Shown here piece after piece: positions 38,746 through 49,509 of a stretch of DNA of 64,000 nt. The notes beneath the pieces are model-generated. The model worked only from the letters and a program-made list of their open reading frames with translations. It made no database searches and was not told where the DNA came from. Each line of letters starts with the position of its first letter. Position 1 is the first letter of the stretch. Made by a program: the position numbers and the translations under genes. The stretch is from Rhizobiaceae bacterium (lineage in GTDB: Bacteria > Pseudomonadota > Alphaproteobacteria > Rhizobiales > Rhizobiaceae): contig OY770026.1 in NCBI GenBank assembly GCA_963669455.1, positions 2,832,809 through 2,896,808 on the forward strand, in the 5' to 3' direction.

Positions 38746-40848
38746 TCAGGCTTTTTTCACCCATACTTTCACATCATGCACTGCGGCACCTCCATAAGGG
38801 GCAACCGGATCGGAGCCGACGAGCGTGTTGATGCCCTCGCCGCGCAAATGCGCCTTGTTGGGCCAGATGCCTTCGGCAATGACGACGCCCGGCCTCGCAC
38901 CGCCACCAAGCCTGGCATGAAGCACGACCTCGCCTCGGTGGTTGCCTATTTCGACTGGATCGCCATCGGCGAGCCCGAGCCTGCCGGCATCTTGCGGATT
39001 GATCATCAGTTCGGGACGCCGCTCGCTTCTGGCAGATGTCGGGGTCTCGGCGAAGGTGGAATTCAAGAATGCGCGCGCTGGCGACGTCGCCAGCCGGAAT
39101 GGATGGGTCGGGTCTGCGCTTTCGATCAGCTCGACATGATCGGGGAAAACCGGCAATTCACCATGAGGCCCCTGGGCACCGAGTGAGGCCGGCGGCCGGT
39201 CTGGCGCCTCAATGTCCGTCCAGTCAGGCTTGAAGCGAAACTTGCCGTCGGGGTGGGCAAAACCGCCGATAAAATGCGACTCATCAAAACCCGGCTGTAC
39301 ATCAAGCCAGCGCTTTTGCGCCAGATCGCGAAAACTGCTGCCAAGCGGCTTTAAAATCGCATCGATATGATCCTGTTCGGTGAGCCCGAAACCATCAAGC
39401 TTCGACACGCCAAGCCGTTTGGCCAGTTCCTCGATCACATAATGATTGGGTTTCGGACCGGCCGGCGGGTCTATCAGTTTCGGGCCAAGCAACAGATGCT
39501 GATGGCCGCCGCCGCGATAAATGTCGTCATGTTCGAGGAACATCGTGGCCGGCAGCACCACATCGGCCAGCTCCGCCGTTTCTGTCATGAATTGCTCATG
39601 GACGCAGACGAACAAATCGTCGCGCATCAGTCCCCGGCGGACAAGCCGCTGCTCCGGCATCACATTGACCGGATTGGTGTTTTGCACCAGCATGGCGGTG
39701 ACCGGCGGGCCATCGCCGAGCACGCCGGGATCGCCGGTGAGAACGGATCCTATCTGTGACTGGTCGAGCCAGCGGATTGACGGATCGGCAAGCCCCGCTC
39801 CCATCAAGCGCGATTTGTCGACATTGAAAATATCGGAATTGGAATGGAACGCGCCGCCGCCTTCATGTTTCCAGGCACCGGTGACACTGGCAATCGAGGT
39901 GACGGCATGCATTGCGGCCACGCCATTGCGCTGGCGGGTAAAGCCGTAGCCAAGCCTGAAATAGGTGCGTCTGGTTTCGCCGATCAGCTTGGCGAATTGC
40001 TCGATCCGCGAAACCTCCAGACCGGTGATCGATGCCGCCCAGTCAGGTGTCCTGTCTTTCAGATGGGTTTCAAGGCCCGCTGGATCATCGGTGTATTTTT
40101 CCAGATAGCCGCGATCGGCAAATCCGTCGCGAAACAGGATATGCATGATGGCACAGGCAAGTGCCGCATCGGTGCCCGGGCGCAATACCAATCCGGTATC
40201 GGCCTGTTTGACGGTCGCGTTGGCGTAGATATCGACCACGGCGATTTTTGCACCCCGGTCCTTTCTGGCCTTGACCGCATGGGTCATGACATTGACCTGG
40301 GTGGTGACCGGATTGGTTCCCCAGATGACGACAAGGTCGGATTTGGCGATCTCGCGCGGATCAGGCCCGCGCAGAGCGCCGGTGCCGGCGGTAAACCCGG
40401 TCCAGGCCATATTGGTGCAAATCGTACTGAACTGGTTGGAATAGCGTTTGGCGCGGCGCAGGCGCTCGATGCCGTCACGTTGAACAAGACCCATCGTGCC
40501 GGCATAAAAATAGGGCCACACCGCCTCGCTGCCATGTTCTTGTTCGGCGCGGTCAAACCGTTCGGCAACCAGATCGAGGGCTGCGGAAAAACTCGCTTCC
40601 TTCCAGTGCCCCTCACCTTTTTTCCCGCTTCGAATCAGCGGTTTCAGCAGGCGATCGGGGTGGTGGATGCGTTCGCCATAGCGGGCAACCTTGGCGCAGA
40701 TAACACCTTTGGTGTAGCTGTTGTCCTTGGCACCGTGCAGCCTGCCGATGGTGGACGGGCCTGAAATCTCCACATCGAGCGCGCAGGTAGACGGGCAATC
40801 ATGCGGGCAGGCCGAATGGCCAATCCGGAGCCCCGGTTTGATGGTCAT
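38746..40848 (-). CDS. molybdopterin-dependent oxidoreductase (MopB superfamily, N-terminal 4Fe-4S)
   Basis: 700 aa. N-terminal CPHDCPSTC...C cluster motif, molybdopterin-binding core and a C-terminal beta-barrel region. Confidence 0.85.
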   Translation of the reverse strand: MTIKPGLRIGHSACPHDCPSTCALDVEISGPSTIGRLHGAKDNSYTKGVICAKVARYGERIHHPDRLLKPLIRSGKKGEGHWKEASFSAALDLVAERFDRAEQEHGSEAVWPYFYAGTMGLVQRDGIERLRRAKRYSNQFSTICTNMAWTGFTAGTGALRGPDPREIAKSDLVVIWGTNPVTTQVNVMTHAVKARKDRGAKIAVVDIYANATVKQADTGLVLRPGTDAALACAIMHILFRDGFADRGYLEKYTDDPAGLETHLKDRTPDWAASITGLEVSRIEQFAKLIGETRRTYFRLGYGFTRQRNGVAAMHAVTSIASVTGAWKHEGGGAFHSNSDIFNVDKSRLMGAGLADPSIRWLDQSQIGSVLTGDPGVLGDGPPVTAMLVQNTNPVNVMPEQRLVRRGLMRDDLFVCVHEQFMTETAELADVVLPATMFLEHDDIYRGGGHQHLLLGPKLIDPPAGPKPNHYVIEELAKRLGVSKLDGFGLTEQDHIDAILKPLGSSFRDLAQKRWLDVQPGFDESHFIGGFAHPDGKFRFKPDWTDIEAPDRPPASLGAQGPHGELPVFPDHVELIESADPTHPFRLATSPARAFLNSTFAETPTSARSERRPELMINPQDAGRLGLADGDPVEIGNHRGEVVLHARLGGGARPGVVIAEGIWPNKAHLRGEGINTLVGSDPVAPYGGAAVHDVKVWVKKA

Positions 40849-40949
40849 GAACGCAACTTCCCCTGTCCTTGCCGCCAGACCGCTTGACCGATATCGGGCG
40901 GTTGGTCAAACTGCAAGCTCAACGATGCCGGATTCGAGGGAAACCAACC

Positions 40950-41387
40950 ATGCCCATCTACTGCGGAAAAGCGCTTGCCGCCCTTGTGATCCTGTTGCTT
41001 GCAATGGGGTTTTTGGGCCCGGCTGTGGCCTGGGAATTACCACTTTCCGACAATGAAGCGCGGCAATGCGAAGATGGCTCGATCCTGCGAAAAATCGAGC
41101 GGCGTTTTCGCCATCAGGTCAAACACGTAGCCCATCTTCCTGATGTGCGGATCGAAACAATCCGGCGCATCCACCAGCATCGCTATCAACCGGCTGGCGA
41201 CAATAGCCCGATTGCCAGGCGTTATTGCCACGGAACGGCGGAACTCACCGATGGCCGGCACAAGAAAATCTGGTACCTCATTGAGGATCATCAGGGGCTT
41301 GCCGGTCTGGGTGACAATGTCGAATTTTGTGTTTCGGGCTTTGACCGGTGGAATGTCTACAATTCGTATTGCCGTATATTACGCTGA
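40950..41387 (+). CDS. hypothetical secreted/anchored protein
   Basis: Start set at MPIYCGKALAALVILLLAMGFLGPAVA (signal-like). No family recognised. Confidence 0.45.
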   Translation: MPIYCGKALAALVILLLAMGFLGPAVAWELPLSDNEARQCEDGSILRKIERRFRHQVKHVAHLPDVRIETIRRIHQHRYQPAGDNSPIARRYCHGTAELTDGRHKKIWYLIEDHQGLAGLGDNVEFCVSGFDRWNVYNSYCRILR

Positions 41388-41395
41388 CCGGACGT

Positions 41396-42076
41396 TTGAA
41401 AAAATTCGTTTGCGCGGCCGGTATTGCCTTGCTTGCAGCGGGCTTTGTCGGCAATGGCGGCAGCGCTTCGTCTGAAACCCGCTTCAGCCTGCCAGCCGGC
41501 GAAGGCTTCGACTACTACGTGCTGGCGCTTTCATGGTCGCCAAGCTATTGCGCGGCCGAGGGTGACAATGCGAACCGGCAGCAATGCGGGGCCGCACGGC
41601 GTTATGGCTTTATCGTTCACGGTCTGTGGCCACAATTTGAACGGGGATATCCGTCGAACTGCGCAACGGATAGGCCGCTTGACGTGCCCCGAGCTGAAAT
41701 CCAGGCGCTCTACGACATTATGCCGGCTGCCGGGCTGATCCGGCATCAATGGAAGAAACACGGAACCTGTTCGGGCCTGTCGCGCAAGGATTTTTTCAAG
41801 ACATTGCGGGCAGCGCGCGAGACAATCACCATACCGTCGCGCTACAAAAAGCTCACCGATTACCAGATGGTCGATCCGGCGGCAGTGGAAAAGGCGTTTT
41901 TGGCGGAAAACCCCGGGGCGAAACCCGACGGAATAATCGTAACCTGCGACAAGCGCTATCTGCGCGAGGTCCGGCTCTGCCTCACCAAGTCGCTTTCTCA
42001 TCGCAGCTGTCCGAGCCTGGAACGGCGGTCGTGCCGGCGTGGCAAGGTGGTGATGCCGCCGGCACGCGGCGGGTGA
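41396..42076 (+). CDS. ribonuclease T2 family protein
   Basis: CAS I/II motifs FIVHGLWPQ and QWKKHGTC, plus signal-like KKFVCAAGIALLAAGFVG. Start uncertain: TTG 41396 is chosen to avoid overlap, while the track start is 41348. Confidence 0.8.
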   Translation: MKKFVCAAGIALLAAGFVGNGGSASSETRFSLPAGEGFDYYVLALSWSPSYCAAEGDNANRQQCGAARRYGFIVHGLWPQFERGYPSNCATDRPLDVPRAEIQALYDIMPAAGLIRHQWKKHGTCSGLSRKDFFKTLRAARETITIPSRYKKLTDYQMVDPAAVEKAFLAENPGAKPDGIIVTCDKRYLREVRLCLTKSLSHRSCPSLERRSCRRGKVVMPPARGG

Positions 42077-42197
42077 TGCGAAGCCCCGTAGAATTACCCA
42101 AACAGGCGGCGTTATCTATGGCACCCATGCCGCTTGATCAAGGTTTTACAACCATAGCGAGATATCGTAATATTATTCTCCTTTAAGGAGAATTTTT

Positions 42198-42533
42198 ATG
42201 CGAACAGCTATCATGATTTCATTAGTACTTCTGACCGCAGGCTGCGCAAAAGCACCGGAAAGCATTCAAGCGTCTTATGTCAGCGACGTTAACTACTCTG
42301 GCTGGTCCTGCAAGCAACTCGGACAAGAAGAACAGCGCCTGTCTGCAGCCTATGCAAGCACTGCTGCACAACAAAACAAAGCAAGGAACAATGACGTAGT
42401 TGGTATCATTTTAATTGGTTTGCCGGTCTCTTCCCTGTCTGGTGATAACGTTGCTCCGGAAATTGCCCGTTTGAAGGGCAACCAAGAGGCCGTGCAGCGA
42501 GCGATGATTAAGAACAACTGCTTGGCTGGATAA
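42198..42533 (+). CDS. small lipoprotein of unknown function
   Basis: 111 aa with lipobox LLTAG|C. GC is lower than the flanks. AAGGAG lies 7 nt upstream. Confidence 0.6.
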   Translation: MRTAIMISLVLLTAGCAKAPESIQASYVSDVNYSGWSCKQLGQEEQRLSAAYASTAAQQNKARNNDVVGIILIGLPVSSLSGDNVAPEIARLKGNQEAVQRAMIKNNCLAG

Positions 42534-42697
42534 ACCAAAAGTGACGGAATATATCTGCTACCCGTGATCGCGTTTTGTGCAGCGCGGAAAACATCCCATT
42601 CTACATTGATTTTACCTGTAAGGTGGCTGCGCTTGCAGCTTGCTATTCAAAGATTAATGCAGTGATGCTGCTCATGTAATTTGAGTTGGAGACTTTT

Positions 42698-43240
42698 ATG
42701 CCGAAAATACTTTATGCACCCGCCTCCCCCTATAGCGCGAAAGTTCGGATGGCTGCGGCCTATGCGGGTATTGAACTCGATGCGGAGCTTGTCGACACCG
42801 GTCCCCAGCCCGATCATTTGACCGCGGCAAATCCGCTTGGAAAAATTCCGGTTCTGATTACCGATGAGGGCGAAAGCGTTTATGACAGCCGCGCGATCGT
42901 GCAGTGGCTGAACCGAGCGGCAAAGGGCGCGCTGCTTCCACGGAGCGCGGCAAAGCGAACTGAGGCGGAACGGCTTGAAGCATTGGCCGATGGTCTGTGC
43001 GACTGCCTGTTGGCGCATGTCTATGAGCGCCGCTTTCGGCCGGGCGAAATCGTCCATCAACCCTGGCTGGATGCGCAATGGCGCAAGGTGGAACGGACAC
43101 TTGATGTATTGAATGACGAGCTTCCCGGCCTGCCTAAAAAAATCACGGCGGGGCATATTGCACTGCGTGCGGCGCTTGGCTATCTCGACCTACGTTTCGC
43201 CGGACAATGGCAGCGCGGGCGCACGAGACTGAAACGCTAG
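42698..43240 (+). CDS. glutathione S-transferase family protein
   Basis: Thioredoxin-like N-terminal domain (ILYAPASPYSAKVR...GKIPVLITDEGESVYDSRAI) followed by a helical C-terminal domain. GGAGAC SD upstream of ATG 42698. Confidence 0.8.
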   Translation: MPKILYAPASPYSAKVRMAAAYAGIELDAELVDTGPQPDHLTAANPLGKIPVLITDEGESVYDSRAIVQWLNRAAKGALLPRSAAKRTEAERLEALADGLCDCLLAHVYERRFRPGEIVHQPWLDAQWRKVERTLDVLNDELPGLPKKITAGHIALRAALGYLDLRFAGQWQRGRTRLKR

Positions 43241-43425
43241 CCTTTACGTTTTGACGCGAAATTCCCCGAGCTTTCGTCCTATCTGCCGAGCGCTTGAGCC
43301 GACGCCAACTACTTCCAATCCATGCTGTATGACCTAGCTTGACGGCCATGCGCCTTGGTTCACCGTTCTGCGCGGCCTATATAAGGCGAAGGTTTCGATT
43401 CTAAAAAGCTCAGGTCAGAGGTTTC

Positions 43426-44364
43426 ATGCTCTTCAGCACCGTGTTGTTGCTTGCCGGACTGCTCCTTTTGGTGTTTTCCGGCGACTTCCTCGTCAAAGGT
43501 GCGGTTGGCATCGCCGAAAACCTTGGGATTCCGCCACTGGTGATCGGGCTGACGGTCGTCGCCTTTGGCACATCGGCGCCTGAATTGTTCATTTCGGTGC
43601 AAGCCGCCTTACAGGCTGCTCCCGGCATCGCAATTGGCAATGCAATCGGCTCCAATACTGCCAATGTGCTGCTGGTGATGGGGCTGCCGGCGCTGATTTC
43701 CCCCGTGGTGGCAAGGCAACGCGGCCTCAGGCGCAATCTTACCGCCATGCTGGTGACCTGCCTGCTTTTCATCTGGCTCATATCCGATGGCATGCTGTCA
43801 CGGACCGAAGGTGCAATACTGTTTGGGGGTTTGTGCGTCTACATCTGGTGGCAAATCCAACATGCGAGCCGTGTTCGCCTATCCGGCAGCGATTATCACG
43901 ATGACATCGGTGAGGCGCCGCATGACCCGGGCCGGGTCGCATTTTGTCTTGCCGGCGGGATTATCGGCCTGCCGCTGGCGGCCCAACTGACCGTCGTCGG
44001 TGCTAGCGATATCGCCCGGACTTTTGGCATTTCGGAGGCGGCCATCGGGCTTACGATTATTGCTATCGGCACATCGCTGCCGGAACTTGCCACAACCTTG
44101 ATGGCCGCTATCAGGCGCACCAGCGCCGTGGCGCTCGGCAATATCGTCGGCTCCAACATATTCAACATTGCCTGCATTATGGGCGTTACCGGCATGATCG
44201 TGCCGGTTCCCGTCGAGCTGCGCATTCTCCATGTGGACATGTGGGTGATGATGGCGGCCATATCCTTGCTGGCGATCCTCGGCTACGCGAAGATGACAAT
44301 CGGCAAGCTGGCAGGAAGCGCCATGCTGGTGGCTTACGCTATCTATCTCATTTCGGTATTCTGA
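43426..44364 (+). CDS. Ca2+/cation antiporter (CaCA, YrbG-like)
   Basis: 312 aa with two alpha-repeats: GTSAPELFISV and GTSLPELATTL. Confidence 0.85.
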   Translation: MLFSTVLLLAGLLLLVFSGDFLVKGAVGIAENLGIPPLVIGLTVVAFGTSAPELFISVQAALQAAPGIAIGNAIGSNTANVLLVMGLPALISPVVARQRGLRRNLTAMLVTCLLFIWLISDGMLSRTEGAILFGGLCVYIWWQIQHASRVRLSGSDYHDDIGEAPHDPGRVAFCLAGGIIGLPLAAQLTVVGASDIARTFGISEAAIGLTIIAIGTSLPELATTLMAAIRRTSAVALGNIVGSNIFNIACIMGVTGMIVPVPVELRILHVDMWVMMAAISLLAILGYAKMTIGKLAGSAMLVAYAIYLISVF

Positions 44365-44368
44365 GCTT

Positions 44369-45133
44369 ATGGATGACGTCGGGAAAACTGCTCTGGTAAC
44401 CGGTGGCGCGCGGCGGATCGGTGCGGCGATCGCCGCCGATCTTGCCGCCAGCGGCTTTGCGGTTGCCATCCACCACAATGGATCGGCTTCAGAAGCCGAC
44501 GCGCTGGCTGGCGATATTACCGCGCGAGGCGGCCGGGCCCATGCAATGGAGGCGGATCTGACGGATGCAGCCAGCACCGCCGCGCTGATCGACGAATGCA
44601 ACAAGGTCCTGGGACCGGTCAGCCTCCTGATCAACAATGCGTCGATATTCGAGGATGATAGGGTGGAAGCCATCGATGCGGAGCGCTGGGACCGGCATTT
44701 CGACATCCATCTAAAGGCACCGGTCATCCTTGCCGGCAGCTTTGCCAGGCAATTGCCGGCGCAGTCGAGTGGTCTGATTGTCAATATTATCGATCAGAAA
44801 GTGTGGAAGCTGACGCCGCGGTATTTTTCCTACACGCTGTCGAAGTCGGCGCTGTGGACGGCAACGCAAACCATGGCGCAGGCGCTGGCGCCCCGCATCA
44901 GGGTCAATGCCATCGGCCCCGGCCCGACCCTGCCCAATGAGCGTCAGACGAATGCGGATTTTCAGGCCCAGGTCCAGGCGGTGCCGCTTGAGCGCGGTCC
45001 GGAACTGGACGAGTTTGGCGCGACAATCCGCTGGATGTGGCAAACACCGTCGCTCACCGGACAGATGGTAGCGCTTGATGGCGGGCAGCATCTGGCCTGG
45101 CAAACACCCGATGTCACCGGTGCGGCTGAATGA
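44369..45133 (+). CDS. SDR family oxidoreductase (pteridine reductase-like)
   Basis: TGGARRIG cofactor motif, NNAS, and YxxxK (YTLSKSAL). Confidence 0.85.
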   Translation: MDDVGKTALVTGGARRIGAAIAADLAASGFAVAIHHNGSASEADALAGDITARGGRAHAMEADLTDAASTAALIDECNKVLGPVSLLINNASIFEDDRVEAIDAERWDRHFDIHLKAPVILAGSFARQLPAQSSGLIVNIIDQKVWKLTPRYFSYTLSKSALWTATQTMAQALAPRIRVNAIGPGPTLPNERQTNADFQAQVQAVPLERGPELDEFGATIRWMWQTPSLTGQMVALDGGQHLAWQTPDVTGAAE

Positions 45134-47064
45134 GTACCGATTTCGACTGGTCGAGCGGAACCGAGCCAATCTTGGGCAAGACGGGCGCCGAGGTGATCGG
45201 CGTTTTCGTCAAACGCCTGCCGAACAAGCCCGGCGTCTATCGCATGCTCAATGCGGGCGGCGACGTGCTTTATGTCGGCAAGGCGCGGAGCCTTAAAAAG
45301 CGCGTGACCAACTATGCGCAGGGGCGCGGACATTCCGGCCGCATTATCCGGATGATCGGCGAGACCGCGTCGATGGAATTCATCGTCACACGCACGGAAA
45401 CCGAAGCGCTGCTGCTGGAAGCCAATCTGATTAAAAGGCTCAGGCCGCGCTTCAATGTGCTGCTGCGCGATGACAAGTCGTTTCCCTACATTTTGTTGAC
45501 CGGCGGCCATCCCGCGCCCGGCATTTTCAAACATCGCGGCGCGCGCTCCAAAAAAGGCCATTATTTCGGCCCTTTCGCATCCGCCGGTGCGGTCGGGCGC
45601 ACAATCAATTCGCTACAGCGGGCGTTTTTGCTCAGAACCTGCAGCAACTCTGTCTATGACGCCAGAACGCGGCCCTGCCTGCTCTACCAGATCAAGCGCT
45701 GTGCCGGTCCGTGCACGGGCGAGATCAGCGAGGCGGACTATGGTGAGCTGGTGCGCGAGGCGCGCGATTTTCTGTCCGGGCGGTCAGGCAAGGTGAAGTC
45801 GGTCCTGTCGAAATCCATGCAACAGGCTTCCGATGAACTCGATTTCGAGCGGGCGGCAGTCTACCGCGACCGGCTTGCCGCATTGTCGCATGTGCAGGGC
45901 CATCAGGGCATCAACCCGCAGACCGTTCAGGATGCCGATGTGTTTGCCGTGCATCAGGAGGGCGGGCAGACCTGCGTTGAGGTTTTCTTCTTTCGCACCG
46001 GCCAGAACTGGGGCAATCGCTCCTATTTTCCAAGGGCTGATTCCTCATTTAGACCAGGCGAGGTTCTAGGCGCGTTCCTGGCGCAGTTTTACGATGACAA
46101 GCCGTGTCCGAAACAGGCGCTGCTTTCGCATGACATCGAGGAACGTGACCTTTTGGGCGAGGCGCTGACGGCAAAATCCGGTTACAAGGTGGCGGTGTCG
46201 GTGCCACAGCGCGGCGAGAAAAAAGACCTCATCGGTCATGCGTTGCAAAATGCCCGTGAAGCGCTTGGCCGGCGGCTTGCCGAAACATCGACCCAGGCCC
46301 GGCTTTTAAGCGGGCTTGCCGAAACATTTGGCCTGGAGCGCCCGCCGCGGCGCATCGAGGTTTATGACAATTCGCACATTATGGGCACCAATGCGGTGGG
46401 TGCGATGATCGTTGCCGGGCCTGAGGGGTTTGCCAAGAACCAGTACAGAAAGTTCAACATCCGCTCGAAAGACATCACGCCGGGCGATGATTTCGGCATG
46501 ATGCGCGAGGTGATTGAGCGGCGGTTTTCTCGGCTTTTAAAGGAACACGGCCTGCCTGATGATGGCACGGGAGATGACGATGCGCTAAACGCCGATACGG
46601 CGATGCCGCCCTGGCCGGATCTGCTGCTGATCGATGGCGGCAAGGGCCAGATGTCGGCGGTAAACGCTGTGCTTGACGAATTGGGCATTGCCGACAATGT
46701 GACCGCCATCGGTGTTGCCAAGGGCACTGACCGGGAGGCCGGGCGGGAGCGTTTTTTTCAAAGTGGCCGAACCCCCTACTCGCTGCCGCCGCGCGATCCG
46801 GTGCTCTATTTCATCCAGCGGCTGCGCGATGAAGCCCATCGCTTCGCCATCGGCTCGCACCGGGCAAGACGCAAGAAGGAAATGGTCAAAAACCCGCTCG
46901 ACGAGATTGGCGGGATCGGGCCGGGACGCAAACGCGCCTTGTTGCATCACTTCGGAACAGCCAAGGCGGTCAGTCGCGCCGCGGTGGAGGATCTCGTCGC
47001 CGTCGAGGGCATCTCCGAACAGATGGCGCGCCAGATTCACGATTATTTTCACGAGAGTGGCTAA
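45130..47064 (+). CDS. uvrC: excinuclease ABC subunit C
   Basis: GIY-YIG ([19 protein letters not shown]), UVR domain, endonuclease V-like domain and C-terminal (HhH)2. The ATG overlaps the SDR stop by 4 nt. Confidence 0.95.
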   Translation: MSTDFDWSSGTEPILGKTGAEVIGVFVKRLPNKPGVYRMLNAGGDVLYVGKARSLKKRVTNYAQGRGHSGRIIRMIGETASMEFIVTRTETEALLLEANLIKRLRPRFNVLLRDDKSFPYILLTGGHPAPGIFKHRGARSKKGHYFGPFASAGAVGRTINSLQRAFLLRTCSNSVYDARTRPCLLYQIKRCAGPCTGEISEADYGELVREARDFLSGRSGKVKSVLSKSMQQASDELDFERAAVYRDRLAALSHVQGHQGINPQTVQDADVFAVHQEGGQTCVEVFFFRTGQNWGNRSYFPRADSSFRPGEVLGAFLAQFYDDKPCPKQALLSHDIEERDLLGEALTAKSGYKVAVSVPQRGEKKDLIGHALQNAREALGRRLAETSTQARLLSGLAETFGLERPPRRIEVYDNSHIMGTNAVGAMIVAGPEGFAKNQYRKFNIRSKDITPGDDFGMMREVIERRFSRLLKEHGLPDDGTGDDDALNADTAMPPWPDLLLIDGGKGQMSAVNAVLDELGIADNVTAIGVAKGTDREAGRERFFQSGRTPYSLPPRDPVLYFIQRLRDEAHRFAIGSHRARRKKEMVKNPLDEIGGIGPGRKRALLHHFGTAKAVSRAAVEDLVAVEGISEQMARQIHDYFHESG

Positions 47065-47196
47065 AAGTCACCTCTCTGGCATATTATTGGCTGAACGCCA
47101 GTTCAATTTATTGTCATGGGGTTGCAAGTCTGATCTTTAGAGTTTTCTTTTCCGAACTCAGCAAACGTCCAATCCCGGACACGCTCTGGAACAAAT

Positions 47197-47787
47197 ATGC
47201 CGAAACATACATTCAACCTGCCCAACCTCTTGACCTATGCCCGCATCATCGCGGTGCCTCTGTTGGTGCTATGCTTCTTTCTGGAAGGCAGGTTGCAATC
47301 AAGTGACTTTGCCCGATGGAGCGCGTTGGCGATATTCGCCGTCGCCAGCATTACCGATTTTTTCGACGGCTATCTCGCCCGGATCTGGAAACAGACGTCC
47401 AATATCGGCCGGATGCTGGACCCGATTGCCGACAAATTGCTGGTGTCCACCTGTTTGCTGCTGCTTGCCGCCGATACCGACAACACTATTGCCGGATGGT
47501 CGCTGTGGGCGGCGATCATCATCCTTTGCCGTGAAATTTTGGTCTCAGGCCTTAGGGAATATCTTGCCGATCTGAAGGTCTCGGTGCCGGTGACCACACT
47601 GGCGAAATGGAAAACGACCATCCAGCTTTTCGCCATCGGGTTTCTGCTTGCCGGTCCGGCCGGCGATAAGGTGTTTGCCTACACTACCCAAACCGGTATT
47701 GTGCTGCTTTGGGTCTCCGCAGTCGTGACGCTCTATACGGGTTGGGACTATTTTCGCGCCGGACTGAAACATGTCATCGAAGAGTGA
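47197..47787 (+). CDS. pgsA: CDP-diacylglycerol--glycerol-3-phosphate 3-phosphatidyltransferase
   Basis: NLPNLLTYARI...DFFDGYLAR......GRMLDPIADKLL is the CDP-alcohol motif in a PgsA-like context. Confidence 0.9.
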   Translation: MPKHTFNLPNLLTYARIIAVPLLVLCFFLEGRLQSSDFARWSALAIFAVASITDFFDGYLARIWKQTSNIGRMLDPIADKLLVSTCLLLLAADTDNTIAGWSLWAAIIILCREILVSGLREYLADLKVSVPVTTLAKWKTTIQLFAIGFLLAGPAGDKVFAYTTQTGIVLLWVSAVVTLYTGWDYFRAGLKHVIEE

Positions 47788-47814
47788 CACGGGGAAGAGT
47801 GACACGGGAAAGAT

Positions 47815-48066
47815 ATGAAGCTGGTATATTTCTCATGGGTGCGTGAACGCATTGGCAAGGATGGCGAAGAGGTCGAGCTGCCAGCCGATGTGACCACCGT
47901 TGCGGAATTATTGTCCTGGCTGAAAACGCGCGGCGAAGAATATGCGGCGGCACTCGAGCATCAAGATGTCATCCGCGTCGCACTCGACATGGAACATGTG
48001 CACCACTCCGAAAAGCTCGGTACGCCCTACGAGGTGGCGCTGTTTCCGCCGATGACCGGAGGCTGA
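47815..48066 (+). CDS. moaD: molybdopterin synthase sulfur-carrier subunit
   Basis: 83 aa, ThiS/MoaD fold, C-terminal GG, immediately upstream of moaE. Confidence 0.85.
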   Translation: MKLVYFSWVRERIGKDGEEVELPADVTTVAELLSWLKTRGEEYAAALEHQDVIRVALDMEHVHHSEKLGTPYEVALFPPMTGG

Positions 48067-48071
48067 CTTCA

Positions 48072-48548
48072 ATGGGGTCGCATGTCAGCCCGTCCGTCCG
48101 CGTGCAACACGAAGATTTCGACATCAAGGCCGAAATTGAGCGGCTCACGGCAGGGCGTGGCGATGTCGGTGCGGTGGTGACCTTTACCGGGCTCTGCCGG
48201 GACGAGGCTGGAACGCTGGCCGCGCTTGAGCTGGAACATTATCCCGGAATGGCCGAACGTGAGATGACGAGTGTCGCAGCCGACGCGCTTCAACGCTGGC
48301 CCTTGACCGGGCTCACCGCCATTCACCGCTTCGGCCGCATTGAGGCCGGCAGCAATATCGTCCTCATCGCCGCCGCGTCGCCGCACCGCCAGGCCGCGTT
48401 CGATGCGGCATCCTTCATGATGGATTTTTTGAAATCACGCGCGCCTTTCTGGAAGAAAGAACATCTGCGCGACGGGTCATCGGGCAATTGGGTTGCAGCC
48501 AAAGACGACGATGACGCCCGCCTGAAATATTGGGATAAGAAATCTTAG
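48072..48548 (+). CDS. moaE: molybdopterin synthase catalytic subunit
   Basis: GAVVTFTGLCRD...LEHYPGMAE...H.GR...G...V.IAAASPHR..AF.A....MD.LK..APFWKKE. Confidence 0.9.
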   Translation: MGSHVSPSVRVQHEDFDIKAEIERLTAGRGDVGAVVTFTGLCRDEAGTLAALELEHYPGMAEREMTSVAADALQRWPLTGLTAIHRFGRIEAGSNIVLIAAASPHRQAAFDAASFMMDFLKSRAPFWKKEHLRDGSSGNWVAAKDDDDARLKYWDKKS

Positions 48549-48733
48549 CCAAAGAACTGGCGAAAGAACCCGTGGCAGCCCGGTGCAACGTGACAGTTCG
48601 AGGTGCGGGGTGCGGGGTGCGGACATTCCTACCATTTGCTCCGCGTCGCAGACAGAACAGGGTTATCTGATTGCCTGACAGAAAATTTGAAGAAGTTTGA
48701 TTTTTGTCGCGATGCCTTCCGCACGAAATCAAG

Positions 48734-49426
48734 CTACTCGGCGGTAATGAAGCTCGCCGTTTTTTCCAGGCCTTGGCGCATATGTTCATCGAGGCAATCA
48801 ATCATCGCATCAAGGTCATCGCCGCAAGCAAGCTTTATATATTTGTCGTGCGCCTGACGCAGCGGTCCTTTCCGACCATGAGCCTGCTGGTGCATGGCAA
48901 AGTAGAATTGGAGATTGGGTTTCATTCTGTTCCAAGCCTGCAGCAGCAGCTGGTGACCAGATAACTCGTAGCACCAACTGTGCAAATCCAGCTCACACTG
49001 TATTGCCCTATAAGGATCACTGTCCTCTGCTATCGTTTTCAACAAGGCATCATTGCGTTTGCCCAAATCTGCCATGAATGCATCAGTTCGTCGGTCCCAA
49101 CACTGACGAAATGCGAACTGCTCCATGGCGGTTCGAAGCGAATAAAGCTCGGATAGATCTTTGAGAGTGAAATCCCTCACAAATAGACCCTTGTACGGCT
49201 TGCTTATTACGAGGCCAATATCGACGAGCTCGCGGATAGCTTCACGCAAAGGTCCGCGACTGATCCCCAGCGCATTGGCCAGGTCAATTTCCGTCAGGCG
49301 TGACCCCGCGGCAAGTTCGCCAGTTACGATTAGCCTCTTCAACTGATCGACTGTTCGGCCACGCAGGGTCGAGTCGGGCAGCGGTTGAATGCCGGAGATT
49401 TGGATATTCAATGTTAGTGCTCCCAA
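48734..49426 (-). CDS. GntR family transcriptional regulator (FadR/FCD subfamily)
   Basis: wHTH G..L.E..LA..LGISRGPLREAIR.L plus an all-helical FCD-like C-terminal domain. About 45% GC. Confidence 0.85.
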   Translation of the reverse strand: MGALTLNIQISGIQPLPDSTLRGRTVDQLKRLIVTGELAAGSRLTEIDLANALGISRGPLREAIRELVDIGLVISKPYKGLFVRDFTLKDLSELYSLRTAMEQFAFRQCWDRRTDAFMADLGKRNDALLKTIAEDSDPYRAIQCELDLHSWCYELSGHQLLLQAWNRMKPNLQFYFAMHQQAHGRKGPLRQAHDKYIKLACGDDLDAMIDCLDEHMRQGLEKTASFITAE

Positions 49427-49509
49427 GCCACCAGACTATGATTGGGTCGTGGTCGTCTGTCGAGTCGTTTGCCTGCAATCATCATCGGATACTCCGGTAC
49501 TAATGTCAA

